Part shown: piece by piece, positions 17,536-26,467 of the stretch
Numbering within the stretch: the first letter of the stretch is position 1
How the letters are laid out: each line of letters opens with the position of its first letter
Assembly: GCA_045658185.1 (NCBI GenBank)
Contig: JAZOUQ010000145.1
Location: 1-51,246 of the forward strand
Direction of reading: 5' to 3'
Length of the DNA stretch: 51,246 bases
Origin: Eubacteriales bacterium
GTDB lineage: Bacteria; Bacillota; Clostridia; Oscillospirales; CAG-272
The notes under the pieces: generated by a model
The model's input: the letters and a program-made list of their open reading frames with translations, nothing else
Database searches by the model: none
What the model was told of the DNA's origin: nothing
Translations under genes and position numbers: made by a program

Positions 17536-18349
17536 AATATTAAGATGTCCAATATGCAGAGGAAAAATGACGATAACGGAAACAGGTGCAAGTCTTTGTT
17601 GCGATGGAGTGAAGCGTCATTGTTATGATTTTTCCTCAAGCGGTTATATAAACCTTTGCAGTCCTACGCAAAGCGGAGGTGGAGATTCCAAGTCGGCGGT
17701 AAGAGCGAGAAGTGAATTTCTTGACAGACAGTACTATCGCCCGGTTGCAGAAGAAATTGCGAAAATGTCAAAAAAGCACGGAAACACAAACGGAGTGCTT
17801 ATTGATGCAGGTTGCGGAGAAGGGTACTATTCTGATTTTCTTAATAAACAAGGTTTTTCCGTAATGGGAGTGGATCTATCCAAATTTGCAACAGATGCCG
17901 CTTCGAAACGATTGTCTAAATCAAACTCGACCGATTTTTTGTTTGCCGTTTCAAGCGTATTTTCACTCCCCGTTGAGGATAATTGTGCAAGTGTTGTGAC
18001 AAACGTATTTGCACCTTGTGCCGAGGAAGAATATTGTCGTGTGCTTGATTCCAACGGTGTTCTTATCGTGGCTTGGGCAGGTCCTCGACATCTTTGGGGA
18101 TTAAAAGAAGCTATTTACGATACGGCTCATATGAATAGTGAACGTGCAGATATGCCTAAGACTATGAATAAAATTGACGAGTCAAGAGTGTGTTACAATA
18201 TAAAGCTTGAATCAAAAGAAGAGATAAAAAATCTTTTTGCTATGACTCCGTATTACTGGAGAACTTCTGCTGCGGATATTGATAAGCTTGACGAACTTGA
18301 AACTCTTGAAACAGAGGTCGATATTATTATTTCTGCATTTAAAAAATGA
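17504..18349 (+). CDS. RlmA-like SAM-dependent rRNA (guanine-N1) methyltransferase with an N-terminal zinc finger
   Basis: LRCPICRGKM...CCDGVKRHCYDFSSSGYINL...GDSKSAVRARSEFL...YYRP...LIDAGCGEGYY parallels E. coli RlmA. The start is uncertain: TTG 17468 and ATG 17480, 17492 and 17504 all lie inside the 3' end of the kinase gene. Confidence 0.75.
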   Translation: MRTLTNSKIIKILRCPICRGKMTITETGASLCCDGVKRHCYDFSSSGYINLCSPTQSGGGDSKSAVRARSEFLDRQYYRPVAEEIAKMSKKHGNTNGVLIDAGCGEGYYSDFLNKQGFSVMGVDLSKFATDAASKRLSKSNSTDFLFAVSSVFSLPVEDNCASVVTNVFAPCAEEEYCRVLDSNGVLIVAWAGPRHLWGLKEAIYDTAHMNSERADMPKTMNKIDESRVCYNIKLESKEEIKNLFAMTPYYWRTSAADIDKLDELETLETEVDIIISAFKK

Positions 18350-18372
18350 CGATAGATAAACAGGACGTGCGT

Positions 18373-19098
18373 ATGAAAATAAGTGTTATCATTCCTATGT
18401 ACAATGAATCGCGTATTATTGCCGATACGGCAAAAAAGCTCTTTGTATATATGAGTGAAAATTTTGAAGATTATGAGGTAATATTCAGCGACGACGGCTC
18501 TTCGGACGGAAGTGCTGATATTGTGAACGATTTGGGTCTTGTCGGTGTTCGTGCCGTGAGATACGATAAAAACAGAGGCAAGGGCTGTGCGGTAAGACAG
18601 GGAATGTTAGCGGCAACAGGAGATATACGTATATTTACCGATGCCGATCTTGCGTACGGTGTAAACGTAATCGGTGAGGCAGTCAATATGATGCAGAACG
18701 ATGCCGACGCAGATATGCTTATTGGATCAAGAAATATCTCTAAAAACGGTTACGATGGTTACACTCTATTGAGAAAGATAATGTCAAAGACGTACATAAA
18801 ACTTTTATGTGTAATGGGAGGCTTTAGGCTGTCGGATTCTCAGTGCGGATTCAAAGCGTTTAGCAAGGATAGTGCCATAGCAGTTTTTTCGGAATGTAAG
18901 GTGGACGGATTTGCATTTGATTTTGAAGTTATATTGAGAGCATTGAGTTACAATAAAAAAATTATAGAAATGCCTGTTAAAATAATCAATCACAGAGAAT
19001 CCTCCGTACGACCTATGAGCGATTCTGTAAAAATGCTTGGCGACCTTTTAAGAATAAAAAAGCTAATAAAGAAAGAGAGTAGGGAGAGCAAGATATGA
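18373..19098 (+). CDS. family 2 glycosyltransferase (dolichyl-phosphate glucosyltransferase-like)
   Basis: MKISVIIPMYNE...FSDDGSSDGS...TDADL. The alternative ATG at 18346 overlaps the upstream TGA (ATGA). Confidence 0.85.
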   Translation: MKISVIIPMYNESRIIADTAKKLFVYMSENFEDYEVIFSDDGSSDGSADIVNDLGLVGVRAVRYDKNRGKGCAVRQGMLAATGDIRIFTDADLAYGVNVIGEAVNMMQNDADADMLIGSRNISKNGYDGYTLLRKIMSKTYIKLLCVMGGFRLSDSQCGFKAFSKDSAIAVFSECKVDGFAFDFEVILRALSYNKKIIEMPVKIINHRESSVRPMSDSVKMLGDLLRIKKLIKKESRESKI

Positions 19099-20042
19099 AT
19101 ATAGTTATTCTTGATAAATGTACAGTTACCAAGGGAGATGTAGATCTTTCTGTGCTTGAACAACTGGGTAAGGTTGATTATTATGATATTATCTCGAAAG
19201 ATGAGATAATCGAAGCTTTGCGAGATGCAGATGCGGTAATTTGCAATAAATCTGTTATAGATAAAGATATAATTGATGCTACAAATCTTGGCTTTATAGG
19301 TTTATTTGCAACGGGATACAACAATATCGATATAGAATACGCGAAGAAAAAAGGCATCGTTGTTTGTAACGTACCGGGGTATTCTACCGATAGTGTCACT
19401 CAGATAACGTTTTCATTTATACTTGAACTGGCTTGTAATACGTCTAAATACGTTTCTTCCGTTGCGGCGGGCGATTGGAAAAGAGCATCACAGTTTTCCT
19501 ACTTCGACTTTCCCATAACAGAGGTGTCGGGAAAAACACTTGGCATTTACGGACTCGGAACTATTGGACTTTCCGTAGCACGAGTGGGTATTGCACTTGG
19601 AATGAAGGTCATAGCATATACCCGTACCCCCAAGAGCATAGACGGCATAGATAACGTAACGGAAGAAGAGCTGTTTTCAAAAAGCGATTTTCTTACGTTT
19701 CACTGTCCGCTCACCGACAAGACGGCAAAGATAGTTAACGAAAAAACACTTTCGCTTATGAAACCGACAGCATTTTTGATAAATACGGCGAGAGGCGGAA
19801 TTATCGATGAGTATGCACTGGCGGACGCACTTATCAAAAAACGTATAGCAGGTGCCGCACTTGACGTTATGACCTACGAGCCTATGGCAGAGGACTGTCC
19901 GTTGTGGGGAATAGATAATTGTATAATAACTCCCCATATTGCCTGGGCGTCTATTGAAGCCAGAACGAGGCTGATAGGAAAAGTATACGACAATATTCAG
20001 GCATTCAAAATCGGTAAGCCTATAAACGTAGTAAACAAATAA
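19095..20042 (+). CDS. D-isomer-specific 2-hydroxyacid dehydrogenase (glycerate dehydrogenase-like)
   Basis: NAD-binding GKTLGIYGLGTIGLSVA, plus the catalytic region TARGGIID...ALDV...P...HIAW. The ATG overlaps the upstream TGA. Confidence 0.9.
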   Translation: MNIVILDKCTVTKGDVDLSVLEQLGKVDYYDIISKDEIIEALRDADAVICNKSVIDKDIIDATNLGFIGLFATGYNNIDIEYAKKKGIVVCNVPGYSTDSVTQITFSFILELACNTSKYVSSVAAGDWKRASQFSYFDFPITEVSGKTLGIYGLGTIGLSVARVGIALGMKVIAYTRTPKSIDGIDNVTEEELFSKSDFLTFHCPLTDKTAKIVNEKTLSLMKPTAFLINTARGGIIDEYALADALIKKRIAGAALDVMTYEPMAEDCPLWGIDNCIITPHIAWASIEARTRLIGKVYDNIQAFKIGKPINVVNK

Positions 20043-20073
20043 AAAAACAGGACACAGTTAACTGTGTCCTGTT
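20041..20073. terminator. terminator hairpin between convergent genes (best for ackA)
   Basis: AACAGGACACAGT (20046-20058) / ACTGTGTCCTGTT (20061-20073). The preceding A-run gives the U-tract on the minus-strand transcript. Confidence 0.75.
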
Positions 20074-20083
20074 GATTGATAAA

Positions 20084-21310
20084 TTAAAGACTTGCAACGA
20101 TAGCCGCGGTATCCTTTGCGATAACCAGCTCTTCGTTGGTAGGTATAACGTATACGCTGACCTTTGAAGATTCGGTGGAAATTTTTGTAGCGTCAGAGCG
20201 GCGGAATGCACGTTCGTTTGCTTCTGCGTCAAGCTCAATTCCGAGGAAGTCCATATCCTCAAGAATAAGCTTACGGAGCATAGTGCTGTTTTCACCGATA
20301 CCTGCCGTAAATACTACTGCGTCAAGTCCATTCATAATAGCTGCGTAAGAACCGATATATTTCTTTATCTGGTGCTTAAGAATATTGACTGCAAGAAGGG
20401 ATTTCTCATAATGAGCATCAGAAGGACCGGCCTTTATAGAATCTTCTATATCTCTGGAGTCAGAGGAGAATTCGGTAATTCCGAGGAATCCGGAACTCTT
20501 GTTCATAAGATTATTCATTTTTTCGCAGGTCATACCTTCTTTGTCCATAAGGTAGGTAACGATAGCGGGATCAATATCTCCGCAACGAGTACCCATTTCA
20601 ACACCCGCAAGAGGAGTAAAGCCCATAGAGGTGTCCATAACCTTTCCGCCCTTAACTGCGGTGATAGATGAACCGTTTCCTATGTGGCAGGTAACGATCT
20701 TGGTTTCTTCGATAGGTTTACCGAGCAGCTTAGCCATCTCTCCGCTAACGTATCTGTGAGATGTTCCGTGCATACCGAAGCGGCGAATACCGTACTTTTC
20801 ATAGTACTTATAGGGCAGTGCATAAATATATGCCTCAGGCTCCATCGTTTGGTGGAAAGCTGTGTCAAATACCAATATTTGGGGTTTGCCGGGCATAATT
20901 TCAAGACAACCCTTAATACCCATAAGATGTGCAACCGTATGTAAGGGTGCAAACTCACGGCAAAGCTCAAGCTTTGCAAGTACGTCATCCGTCATGAGGA
21001 TTGATCCCGAGAAGAAAGAACCGCCATGTACTACGCGATGTCCGATAGCCTGGATCTCATTCATACTTGCGATACATCCGTATTCGCCGTCGGTAAGGTA
21101 CTTAATTACCATCTTCATGGCATCTGCGTGATCCTTCATAGGAGAATCGACCTGTGTTTTCAAGCCTTTTATAACTTGCTTATGCTCAATTCGAGAGCCG
21201 TCCATACCAATTCTTTCGCAAATACCCTTTGCAGACACCACGTCTGTGTCGGTATCGATAAGCTGGTACTTAAGTGAGCTTGAACCTGCGTTTACAACGA
21301 GAATGTTCAT
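20084..21310 (-). CDS. ackA: acetate kinase
   Basis: MNILVVNAGSSSLKYQL...HRVVHGG...FDTAFH...GMHGTSHRY, full length at 408 aa. Confidence 0.97.
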   Translation of the reverse strand: MNILVVNAGSSSLKYQLIDTDTDVVSAKGICERIGMDGSRIEHKQVIKGLKTQVDSPMKDHADAMKMVIKYLTDGEYGCIASMNEIQAIGHRVVHGGSFFSGSILMTDDVLAKLELCREFAPLHTVAHLMGIKGCLEIMPGKPQILVFDTAFHQTMEPEAYIYALPYKYYEKYGIRRFGMHGTSHRYVSGEMAKLLGKPIEETKIVTCHIGNGSSITAVKGGKVMDTSMGFTPLAGVEMGTRCGDIDPAIVTYLMDKEGMTCEKMNNLMNKSSGFLGITEFSSDSRDIEDSIKAGPSDAHYEKSLLAVNILKHQIKKYIGSYAAIMNGLDAVVFTAGIGENSTMLRKLILEDMDFLGIELDAEANERAFRRSDATKISTESSKVSVYVIPTNEELVIAKDTAAIVASL

Positions 21311-21419
21311 TTTATATTTTCCTCCGTAACAGTAAATAATATATTAACATAAATATTATACTACAACAAAAAAATTTTTCAATAGCAAAACACAATTTTT
21401 TCAAAAAAAGGAGAGCGAA

Positions 21420-22577
21420 ATGTCAAAATTCGGAATTATATGTGAATTCAATCCTTTACATAACGGTCACGCATATCTTATAAGATATGCCAAAGAGCTT
21501 GGTGCATCTGACGTTATTTGCATTATGAGTGGCAATTTTACTCAAAGAGGAGAATTGCCGATAATGGATAAATATTCGAGAGCGGAATCAGCTATAAAAT
21601 GCGGTACTGACCTTGTTCTTGAATTGCCGTATCCTTGGTCGGGAGCGAGTGCGGAGTATTTTGCGACCGCGGCGGTGAAAATAGCCTCTTCATTTTGTGA
21701 AAAATTACTCTTTGGTTCTGAGTGCGGTGATATTGAATTACTGAAAAAAGCAGCAAATATTTGCGGTAATGCAGATTTTGCAAACGAATATACCGAATGT
21801 ATTTCAAACGGAGAAGGTGCGGCGTTTGCGTTTATGTCTTGCTTGAAAAAATATGGAATCGTAGGTCTTTCTTCGAACGATATTCTGGGAATAGCCTATA
21901 TAAGAGCAATTAATCGCTTGGGGGTTGACATAGAGCCTGTAACCGTAAAAAGACAAGGTGCTGATTATAATTGCTCTGAAATAAATGATAACGTTTATCA
22001 ATCTGCTACGGCCATCAGAAAGGCATTGTTATCGGGAAATGCGGTGGAACTTCATATCCCACAAAAAGTGAATGAAATAATTAAACGTGAAGAACAGAAT
22101 GGTATGCTTGTAAGCATAAAAAACGTTGAGAAGGCTATACTTGCTCGTTTCAGAGTTGCAGATGTTGGAGATTTTGAGAAATTTGCGGATGCGGGTGGAG
22201 GAATAGGGAATAGACTTATACGAGTTTCCCGCGAGGTAACTACGTATGATGAAATGCTTGAACACGCAAAAACGAAGAGATATACGGACGCTAAGCTCAG
22301 ACGAGCAATAATGTTTTGTATGACGGGAGTAATGCCTGACGACGTTAGATCCTTACCCGAGTACACAACTCTTTTGGGGGCTAACAGTAACGGTAGGAAG
22401 CTTTTGTCAAAGACTCGTAAAAGCGATGGAATAAAAATAGTTACAAAATCCGCAGACGCACCCGATTGCAGACCAAAAGAGCTTTCTTGTAAGCTTGACG
22501 GTATTTTCGGACTTGCTACGGACACGCCTATAAAGGCGGACTGCTTTTTCAAAAAAGGGGCTTATATTGAAAAATAA
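21420..22577 (+). CDS. tmcAL: tRNA(Met) cytidine acetate ligase (YlbM/TmcAL family)
   Basis: The N-terminus GIICEFNPLHNGHAYLI matches the B. subtilis YlbM signature (EYNPFHNGH). The length of 385 aa is typical. Confidence 0.85.
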   Translation: MSKFGIICEFNPLHNGHAYLIRYAKELGASDVICIMSGNFTQRGELPIMDKYSRAESAIKCGTDLVLELPYPWSGASAEYFATAAVKIASSFCEKLLFGSECGDIELLKKAANICGNADFANEYTECISNGEGAAFAFMSCLKKYGIVGLSSNDILGIAYIRAINRLGVDIEPVTVKRQGADYNCSEINDNVYQSATAIRKALLSGNAVELHIPQKVNEIIKREEQNGMLVSIKNVEKAILARFRVADVGDFEKFADAGGGIGNRLIRVSREVTTYDEMLEHAKTKRYTDAKLRRAIMFCMTGVMPDDVRSLPEYTTLLGANSNGRKLLSKTRKSDGIKIVTKSADAPDCRPKELSCKLDGIFGLATDTPIKADCFFKKGAYIEK

Positions 22578-22586
22578 TCGGCGTAC

Positions 22587-22615
22587 TTGACAAAAGAAAA
22601 ATGCTATGGTATAAT
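22587..22615 (+). promoter_or_regulatory. consensus sigma-A promoter
   Basis: TTGACA (22587-22592), 17-nt spacer, TATAAT (22610-22615). Confidence 0.6.
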
Positions 22616-22689
22616 ATACTTTAAAGAACTAGACGACGAACATCTTGGTGCTTCAGGATGGATTTTAATACGAGGAAGGCGGACGAAAA

Positions 22690-22977
22690 GTGGAAAAGAA
22701 ATTAGTTGGCGGAAAATATCTTGAGTATAAGGGCAGACCTTTGGTAAGAGAGGGCGACACCATATGCTACGGAAATATGGAGGATAAGTGCATACTCATT
22801 CTCGAAATAATGTCTTATAAAGCTACGGATAACGGAGAGCTTCCCGACAAGATTCTTATTCAGGTTGTCGAAAGTAAGAATCAATCAAATATTCTAAGAC
22901 AGGGTTCAAAATCCGGTCTTTACGAGGCGTGTGATTTGGGAATAGTTTGGCTTGAGCATGAGCTGAAGAAAGCATAA
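22690..22977 (+). CDS. hypothetical 95-aa protein
   Basis: GTG start after AGGAAGG. It has its own consensus promoter and terminator. I recognise no motif. Confidence 0.5.
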   Translation: MEKKLVGGKYLEYKGRPLVREGDTICYGNMEDKCILILEIMSYKATDNGELPDKILIQVVESKNQSNILRQGSKSGLYEACDLGIVWLEHELKKA

Positions 22978-22984
22978 TAAAAAA

Positions 22985-23016
22985 ATCGGTGTTTCCAAGA
23001 AACGCCGATTTTTTTG
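22985..23016 (+). terminator. rho-independent terminator
   Basis: ATCGGTGTTTC (22985-22995) / GAAACGCCGAT (22999-23009) with one G-U pair, followed by TTTTTTT. Confidence 0.8.
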
Positions 23017-23064
23017 CAAAAATGTAAACTTTGAAAAAAAACAAAAATTTTTTCGAATAAGGGG

Positions 23065-23092
23065 TTGAAAAAAATTTTTTATGTGATACAAT
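23065..23092 (+). promoter_or_regulatory. sigma-A-type promoter for the ferredoxin gene
   Basis: TTGAAA (23065-23070), 16-nt spacer, TACAAT (23087-23092), with an extended -10 TG. Confidence 0.5.
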
Positions 23093-23125
23093 ATATGCGT
23101 ATACATTAAAACGGAGGTATTTATC

Positions 23126-23296
23126 ATGGCATACAAAATTTCCGAGGATTGCATCGCTTGTGGAGCATGTACCGAGGCTTGTCCCGTAAACGCTATCACT
23201 GAAGGCGATTGCAAGTATGAGATCAATGCAGATGAGTGCATCGAGTGCGGTGCATGTGCTGAGGCATGTCCTGTTTCTGCACCCGCAGCAGAGTGA
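23126..23296 (+). CDS. 2x[4Fe-4S] clostridial-type ferredoxin (56 aa)
   Basis: Not in the ORF track because it is under 60 aa. GGAGG RBS. The translation is [56 protein letters not shown], with two CxxCxxCxxxCP motifs. The minus-strand track ORFs here are shadows. Confidence 0.9.
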   Translation: MAYKISEDCIACGACTEACPVNAITEGDCKYEINADECIECGACAEACPVSAPAAE

Positions 23297-23330
23297 TTTC
23301 ATTTATCCAAGAACATAAGGATAACAAAAC

Positions 23331-23365
23331 GGGCTGTTGCAACGCAACAGCCCATTGGCTTTATT
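23331..23365 (+). terminator. rho-independent terminator
   Basis: GGGCTGTTGC (23331-23340) / GCAACAGCCC (23344-23353), followed by a T-rich tail. Confidence 0.65.
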
Positions 23366-23379
23366 AGGAGGAAAATAAT

Positions 23380-24150
23380 ATGTCAAATATACAGCTTAAG
23401 AGTGACGAAAGGCTTGATAAGGTAAATGAGAAAATAACTCTGATTCAGAAAAAAGATGGACTTACCTTTGGAACGGACGCTTTTTTATTGGCTGCATTTA
23501 TAAAACGGCAAAAATATTCAACGGGTGTTGAGCTTGGTGCGGGGACGGGAATTATCTCTCTTCTACTTGCGGCGAGGGAAAAACTTGCTACTATAGACGC
23601 GTTTGAGATACAGCGTGATTTTTACGATATTACAGCCAAAAACATTAAATTTAACGGCTTTGATGACAAAATAAAAGTACACAACGTTGATATAAGAGAG
23701 TTGAATCAGTCGTATCTCGGTTACGAGGTTGACGTGGTGTTTTCAAATCCGCCGTATATGTTGGCTGACAGCGGCAAGAAAAACAGTTCGGAGAGAAAAT
23801 ACATAGCAAGGCACGAGGTGTGTGGCGGGATTGAGGATTTTTGTCAGGCGGCATACCGAGTTCTTAAGCACGGCGGTAAATTTTACTGCGTATGGCGACC
23901 TGACAGACTTACGTCGATTATGTCTGCTATGAGAAAAAATCGGCTTGAGCCTAAAATAATGGTTTTTGTTCATTCGGATAAAAACAGCGAACCGTCTATG
24001 GTGCTGCTATCGGCAACCAAAGGAGGGGCTGAGGGTATGAGAATATTACCTCCGCTGTTCCTTAACGAGGACGGAGTAGGAGATAACGGCTCGAGAATTA
24101 TGAGCGAAAGGGCTCAGGCTATATACGATACAATGAGTTTTGGGGAATAA
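23380..24150 (+). CDS. tRNA (adenine-N6)-methyltransferase family (TrmN6/YfiC-like)
   Basis: SAM-binding VELGAGTGIISLLLA and the N6-adenine motif FSNPPYM. Confidence 0.8.
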   Translation: MSNIQLKSDERLDKVNEKITLIQKKDGLTFGTDAFLLAAFIKRQKYSTGVELGAGTGIISLLLAAREKLATIDAFEIQRDFYDITAKNIKFNGFDDKIKVHNVDIRELNQSYLGYEVDVVFSNPPYMLADSGKKNSSERKYIARHEVCGGIEDFCQAAYRVLKHGGKFYCVWRPDRLTSIMSAMRKNRLEPKIMVFVHSDKNSEPSMVLLSATKGGAEGMRILPPLFLNEDGVGDNGSRIMSERAQAIYDTMSFGE

Positions 24151-24155
24151 AATTT

Positions 24156-24914
24156 ATGGATGGAATGAAAAGAATACTCAGCTATGTCCGAAGAGCGGTA
24201 GATGATTATGAAATGATAAAAGATGGTGATAAGATAGCGGTGGGAGTTTCGGCAGGAAAGGATTCCTTGACGTTGCTTTTAGCACTTGCGGCTCTCAGAC
24301 GGTTTTACCCAAACAAATTTGAGCTTGTGGCAATAACCGTGGATATGGGGTTTGAGGGGACTGATTTTACAGGCATAAAAGCACTTTGCGACGAGCTGGA
24401 GGTAGAATATCACGTAGTTCCAACACAGATCTCAAAAATAATATTTGACGTTCGTAAAGAAAAAAATCCTTGCTCATTATGTGCCAAAATGCGTAGAGGT
24501 GCTCTTTATAATTACGCCAAGGAGCTTGGCTGTCGCTCCGTTGCGTTAGGACATCATTTTGACGACGTGGTGGAAACCTTTATGCTCAATCTTTTCTAGG
24601 GAGGACGGATAGGATGCTTTCAACCTGTAACCTACTTGTCGAATACGGGAATAACGTTGATAAGGCCTATGATATATATGCCCGAAAAGGACGTAAGATA
24701 TTTTGCGGCAAAAAACACTTTGCCCGTAGTCAAATCCTCTTGTCCTGCTGACGGCAATACCGAACGCGAGGAGATGAAAAATCTTCTACACGAGCTTGAA
24801 CGCAAAAACAAGGGGCTTCGTTATCGCATATTCGGTGCAATACAGCGTGGCGAAATAGACGGCTTCAAGGAATTTGGAAGAATGCAGGGAATGAAGGATT
24901 ACGAAGAAGACTGA
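24156..24914 (+). pseudogene. ttcA: TtcA-family PP-loop tRNA 2-thiocytidine synthase interrupted by one in-frame TAG (24597-24599)
   Basis: Track ORFs 24156-24599 and 24636-24914 are in the same frame. PP-loop VGVSAGKDS, Cys motifs NPCSLCAKMRRG and SSCPADG, and HHFDDVVETFMLNLF-TAG-GGRIGCFQP...IRPM are present. E. coli TtcA reads LNMFYGGKMKGMPPK at the same place. Confidence 0.8.
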
Positions 24915-24950
24915 AATTCACTAAAAGTTATTTATTAAACTGCATATAAC

Positions 24951-24979
24951 TTGACAAAATTCTCAAAATATATTATAAT
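24951..24979 (+). promoter_or_regulatory. consensus sigma-A promoter for miaB
   Basis: TTGACA (24951-24956), 17-nt spacer, TATAAT (24974-24979). Confidence 0.55.
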
Positions 24980-25025
24980 AATATATTATGTTCTAACATT
25001 AAACGTTTTGTTTTAGGATGGTAAT

Positions 25026-26450
25026 ATGTCGAATAAATTAAATACCGTTTCGCTCAATGAAATTGAGTTGGAAAATGGATATATGTCGTTTGTCAAAACG
25101 GAAAATGAAGCTTTTCTGGCGACTAACGGTTACAGACGAGGTGCGTTTGTTTTGACTCTGGGATGTCAGCAAAACGAATCAGACAGTGAAAAGCTTGCCG
25201 GTATGGCAGAAAAAATGGGGTATGAGATCGTCAATGATCCCAATGATGCGTATCTCATAGTTGTAAATACTTGTGCTATACGTGAGCACGCGGAAAAAAG
25301 AGCACTTTCTTTGGTCGGACAGTATAAGCATATAAAGGCTAAACGCCCCGAGCTTATAATAGCCGTCTGTGGCTGTATGGTGGTCCAGTCGCACCGTGCT
25401 GATGCGATAAAGCACAGCTATCCATACGTTGATATAGTGTTTGGTACGTCTTCGATACATCGTTTCCCCGAATATCTTTGTGAAAAGATGAAACGCGGAC
25501 GCAGAGTTCTCAGAGCGGATTTTCCCGAATATACCGTGGCTGAGGATATGCCTGTCAGACGTGAAAGCAACTACCGTGCGTGGGTGTCGGTAATGTACGG
25601 ATGCAATAATTTTTGTACCTACTGTATCGTTCCGTATGTTCGCGGAAGAGAAAGAAGCCGTTGCAAGGAAAAGATAATTGAAGAAGTCAGAGGCTTGGTA
25701 GCCGAAGGATATAGGGACATAACGCTTCTCGGTCAAAATGTAAATTCCTACGGTAAGGACATTGGTGCTGAGTATGATTTTGCCGATCTGCTCAGCGAGC
25801 TTGATGAAATTGAGGGTGAATACTTGTTGCATTTTATGACCAGCCACCCCAAGGACGCAACACATAAGCTTATCGATGTTATGGCAAACGGAAAGCATAT
25901 TGCACATCACTTCCATTTGCCTATGCAGTCGGGAAGTGACAAAATTCTTGCCGCAATGAATAGAAGATATACGTTTGAAAAATACATATCAATAGTGGAT
26001 TATATCAGAGAAAAAATGCCGGATGCAACCATAACCTCGGATATAATAGTAGGCTTCCCAAATGAAGAAGAGGAAGACCTTGAGGCAACCCTTGATGCTC
26101 TGAGAAGAGCAAGATTTGATATGATATTTTCATTCATATATTCGCCGAGAAAGGGAACTCCTGCTTTCGAAATGGAGCAAATTCCCGACAAGGTCAAAAG
26201 TGAAAGATTCGAGAGATTACTCGCCGTTCAAAATGAAATTTCTTTTGAATCAAACAAACAGTTTGAAGGAAAAACCGTTCGTGTTCTATGTGACGGAAAG
26301 AGCAAAAACAAGGAAAATGCCATCAACGGACGAACAGACGGTGGAAAGATCGTATTTTTTGACGGCGATGAGAGTATGACCGGAAGTTTTATTAATGTAA
26401 AAATTGAGCGTGCAGAAACATTTGCACTCTACGGTAAAATTGTGAAATAA
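25026..26450 (+). CDS. miaB: tRNA-2-methylthio-N6-dimethylallyladenosine synthase
   Basis: UPF0004 N-domain (TLGCQQNESDSE...NTCAIRE), radical-SAM CNNFCTYCIVP and a C-terminal TRAM domain. Confidence 0.95.
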   Translation: MSNKLNTVSLNEIELENGYMSFVKTENEAFLATNGYRRGAFVLTLGCQQNESDSEKLAGMAEKMGYEIVNDPNDAYLIVVNTCAIREHAEKRALSLVGQYKHIKAKRPELIIAVCGCMVVQSHRADAIKHSYPYVDIVFGTSSIHRFPEYLCEKMKRGRRVLRADFPEYTVAEDMPVRRESNYRAWVSVMYGCNNFCTYCIVPYVRGRERSRCKEKIIEEVRGLVAEGYRDITLLGQNVNSYGKDIGAEYDFADLLSELDEIEGEYLLHFMTSHPKDATHKLIDVMANGKHIAHHFHLPMQSGSDKILAAMNRRYTFEKYISIVDYIREKMPDATITSDIIVGFPNEEEEDLEATLDALRRARFDMIFSFIYSPRKGTPAFEMEQIPDKVKSERFERLLAVQNEISFESNKQFEGKTVRVLCDGKSKNKENAINGRTDGGKIVFFDGDESMTGSFINVKIERAETFALYGKIVK

Positions 26451-26467
26451 CAAAGGAGAAACAAAAT

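Noticed and set aside
22856-23302. Minus-strand ORFs of 148 and 111 aa overlapping the ferredoxin locus.
   Set aside because: The + strand encodes a textbook 2x[4Fe-4S] ferredoxin with promoter, RBS and terminator. The minus ORFs span the terminator and promoter regions.
24597-24599. Possibility that TAG (or TGA) is reassigned as a sense codon in this organism.
   Set aside because: TAA and TGA terminate nearly every conserved gene at the expected length. Apart from ttcA, no in-frame TAG occurs in roughly 15,000 codons of well-conserved genes such as addA, addB, mutS and uvrC. Global reassignment is therefore not supported. Caveats: the only TAG-terminated gene (ending 40173) is followed by a TGA two codons later, so it does not inform on this question. 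Site-specific amber decoding cannot be excluded from this window alone.
24957-25005. AT-rich stretch containing TTATGTTCTAA, faintly reminiscent of the XerD arm of Firmicute dif sites (TTATGTAAACT).
   Set aside because: Only one half-site resembles dif, and no matching XerC arm lies at the correct 6-nt spacing. The segment coincides with the miaB promoter and leader. I judge this a chance resemblance in AT-rich DNA.
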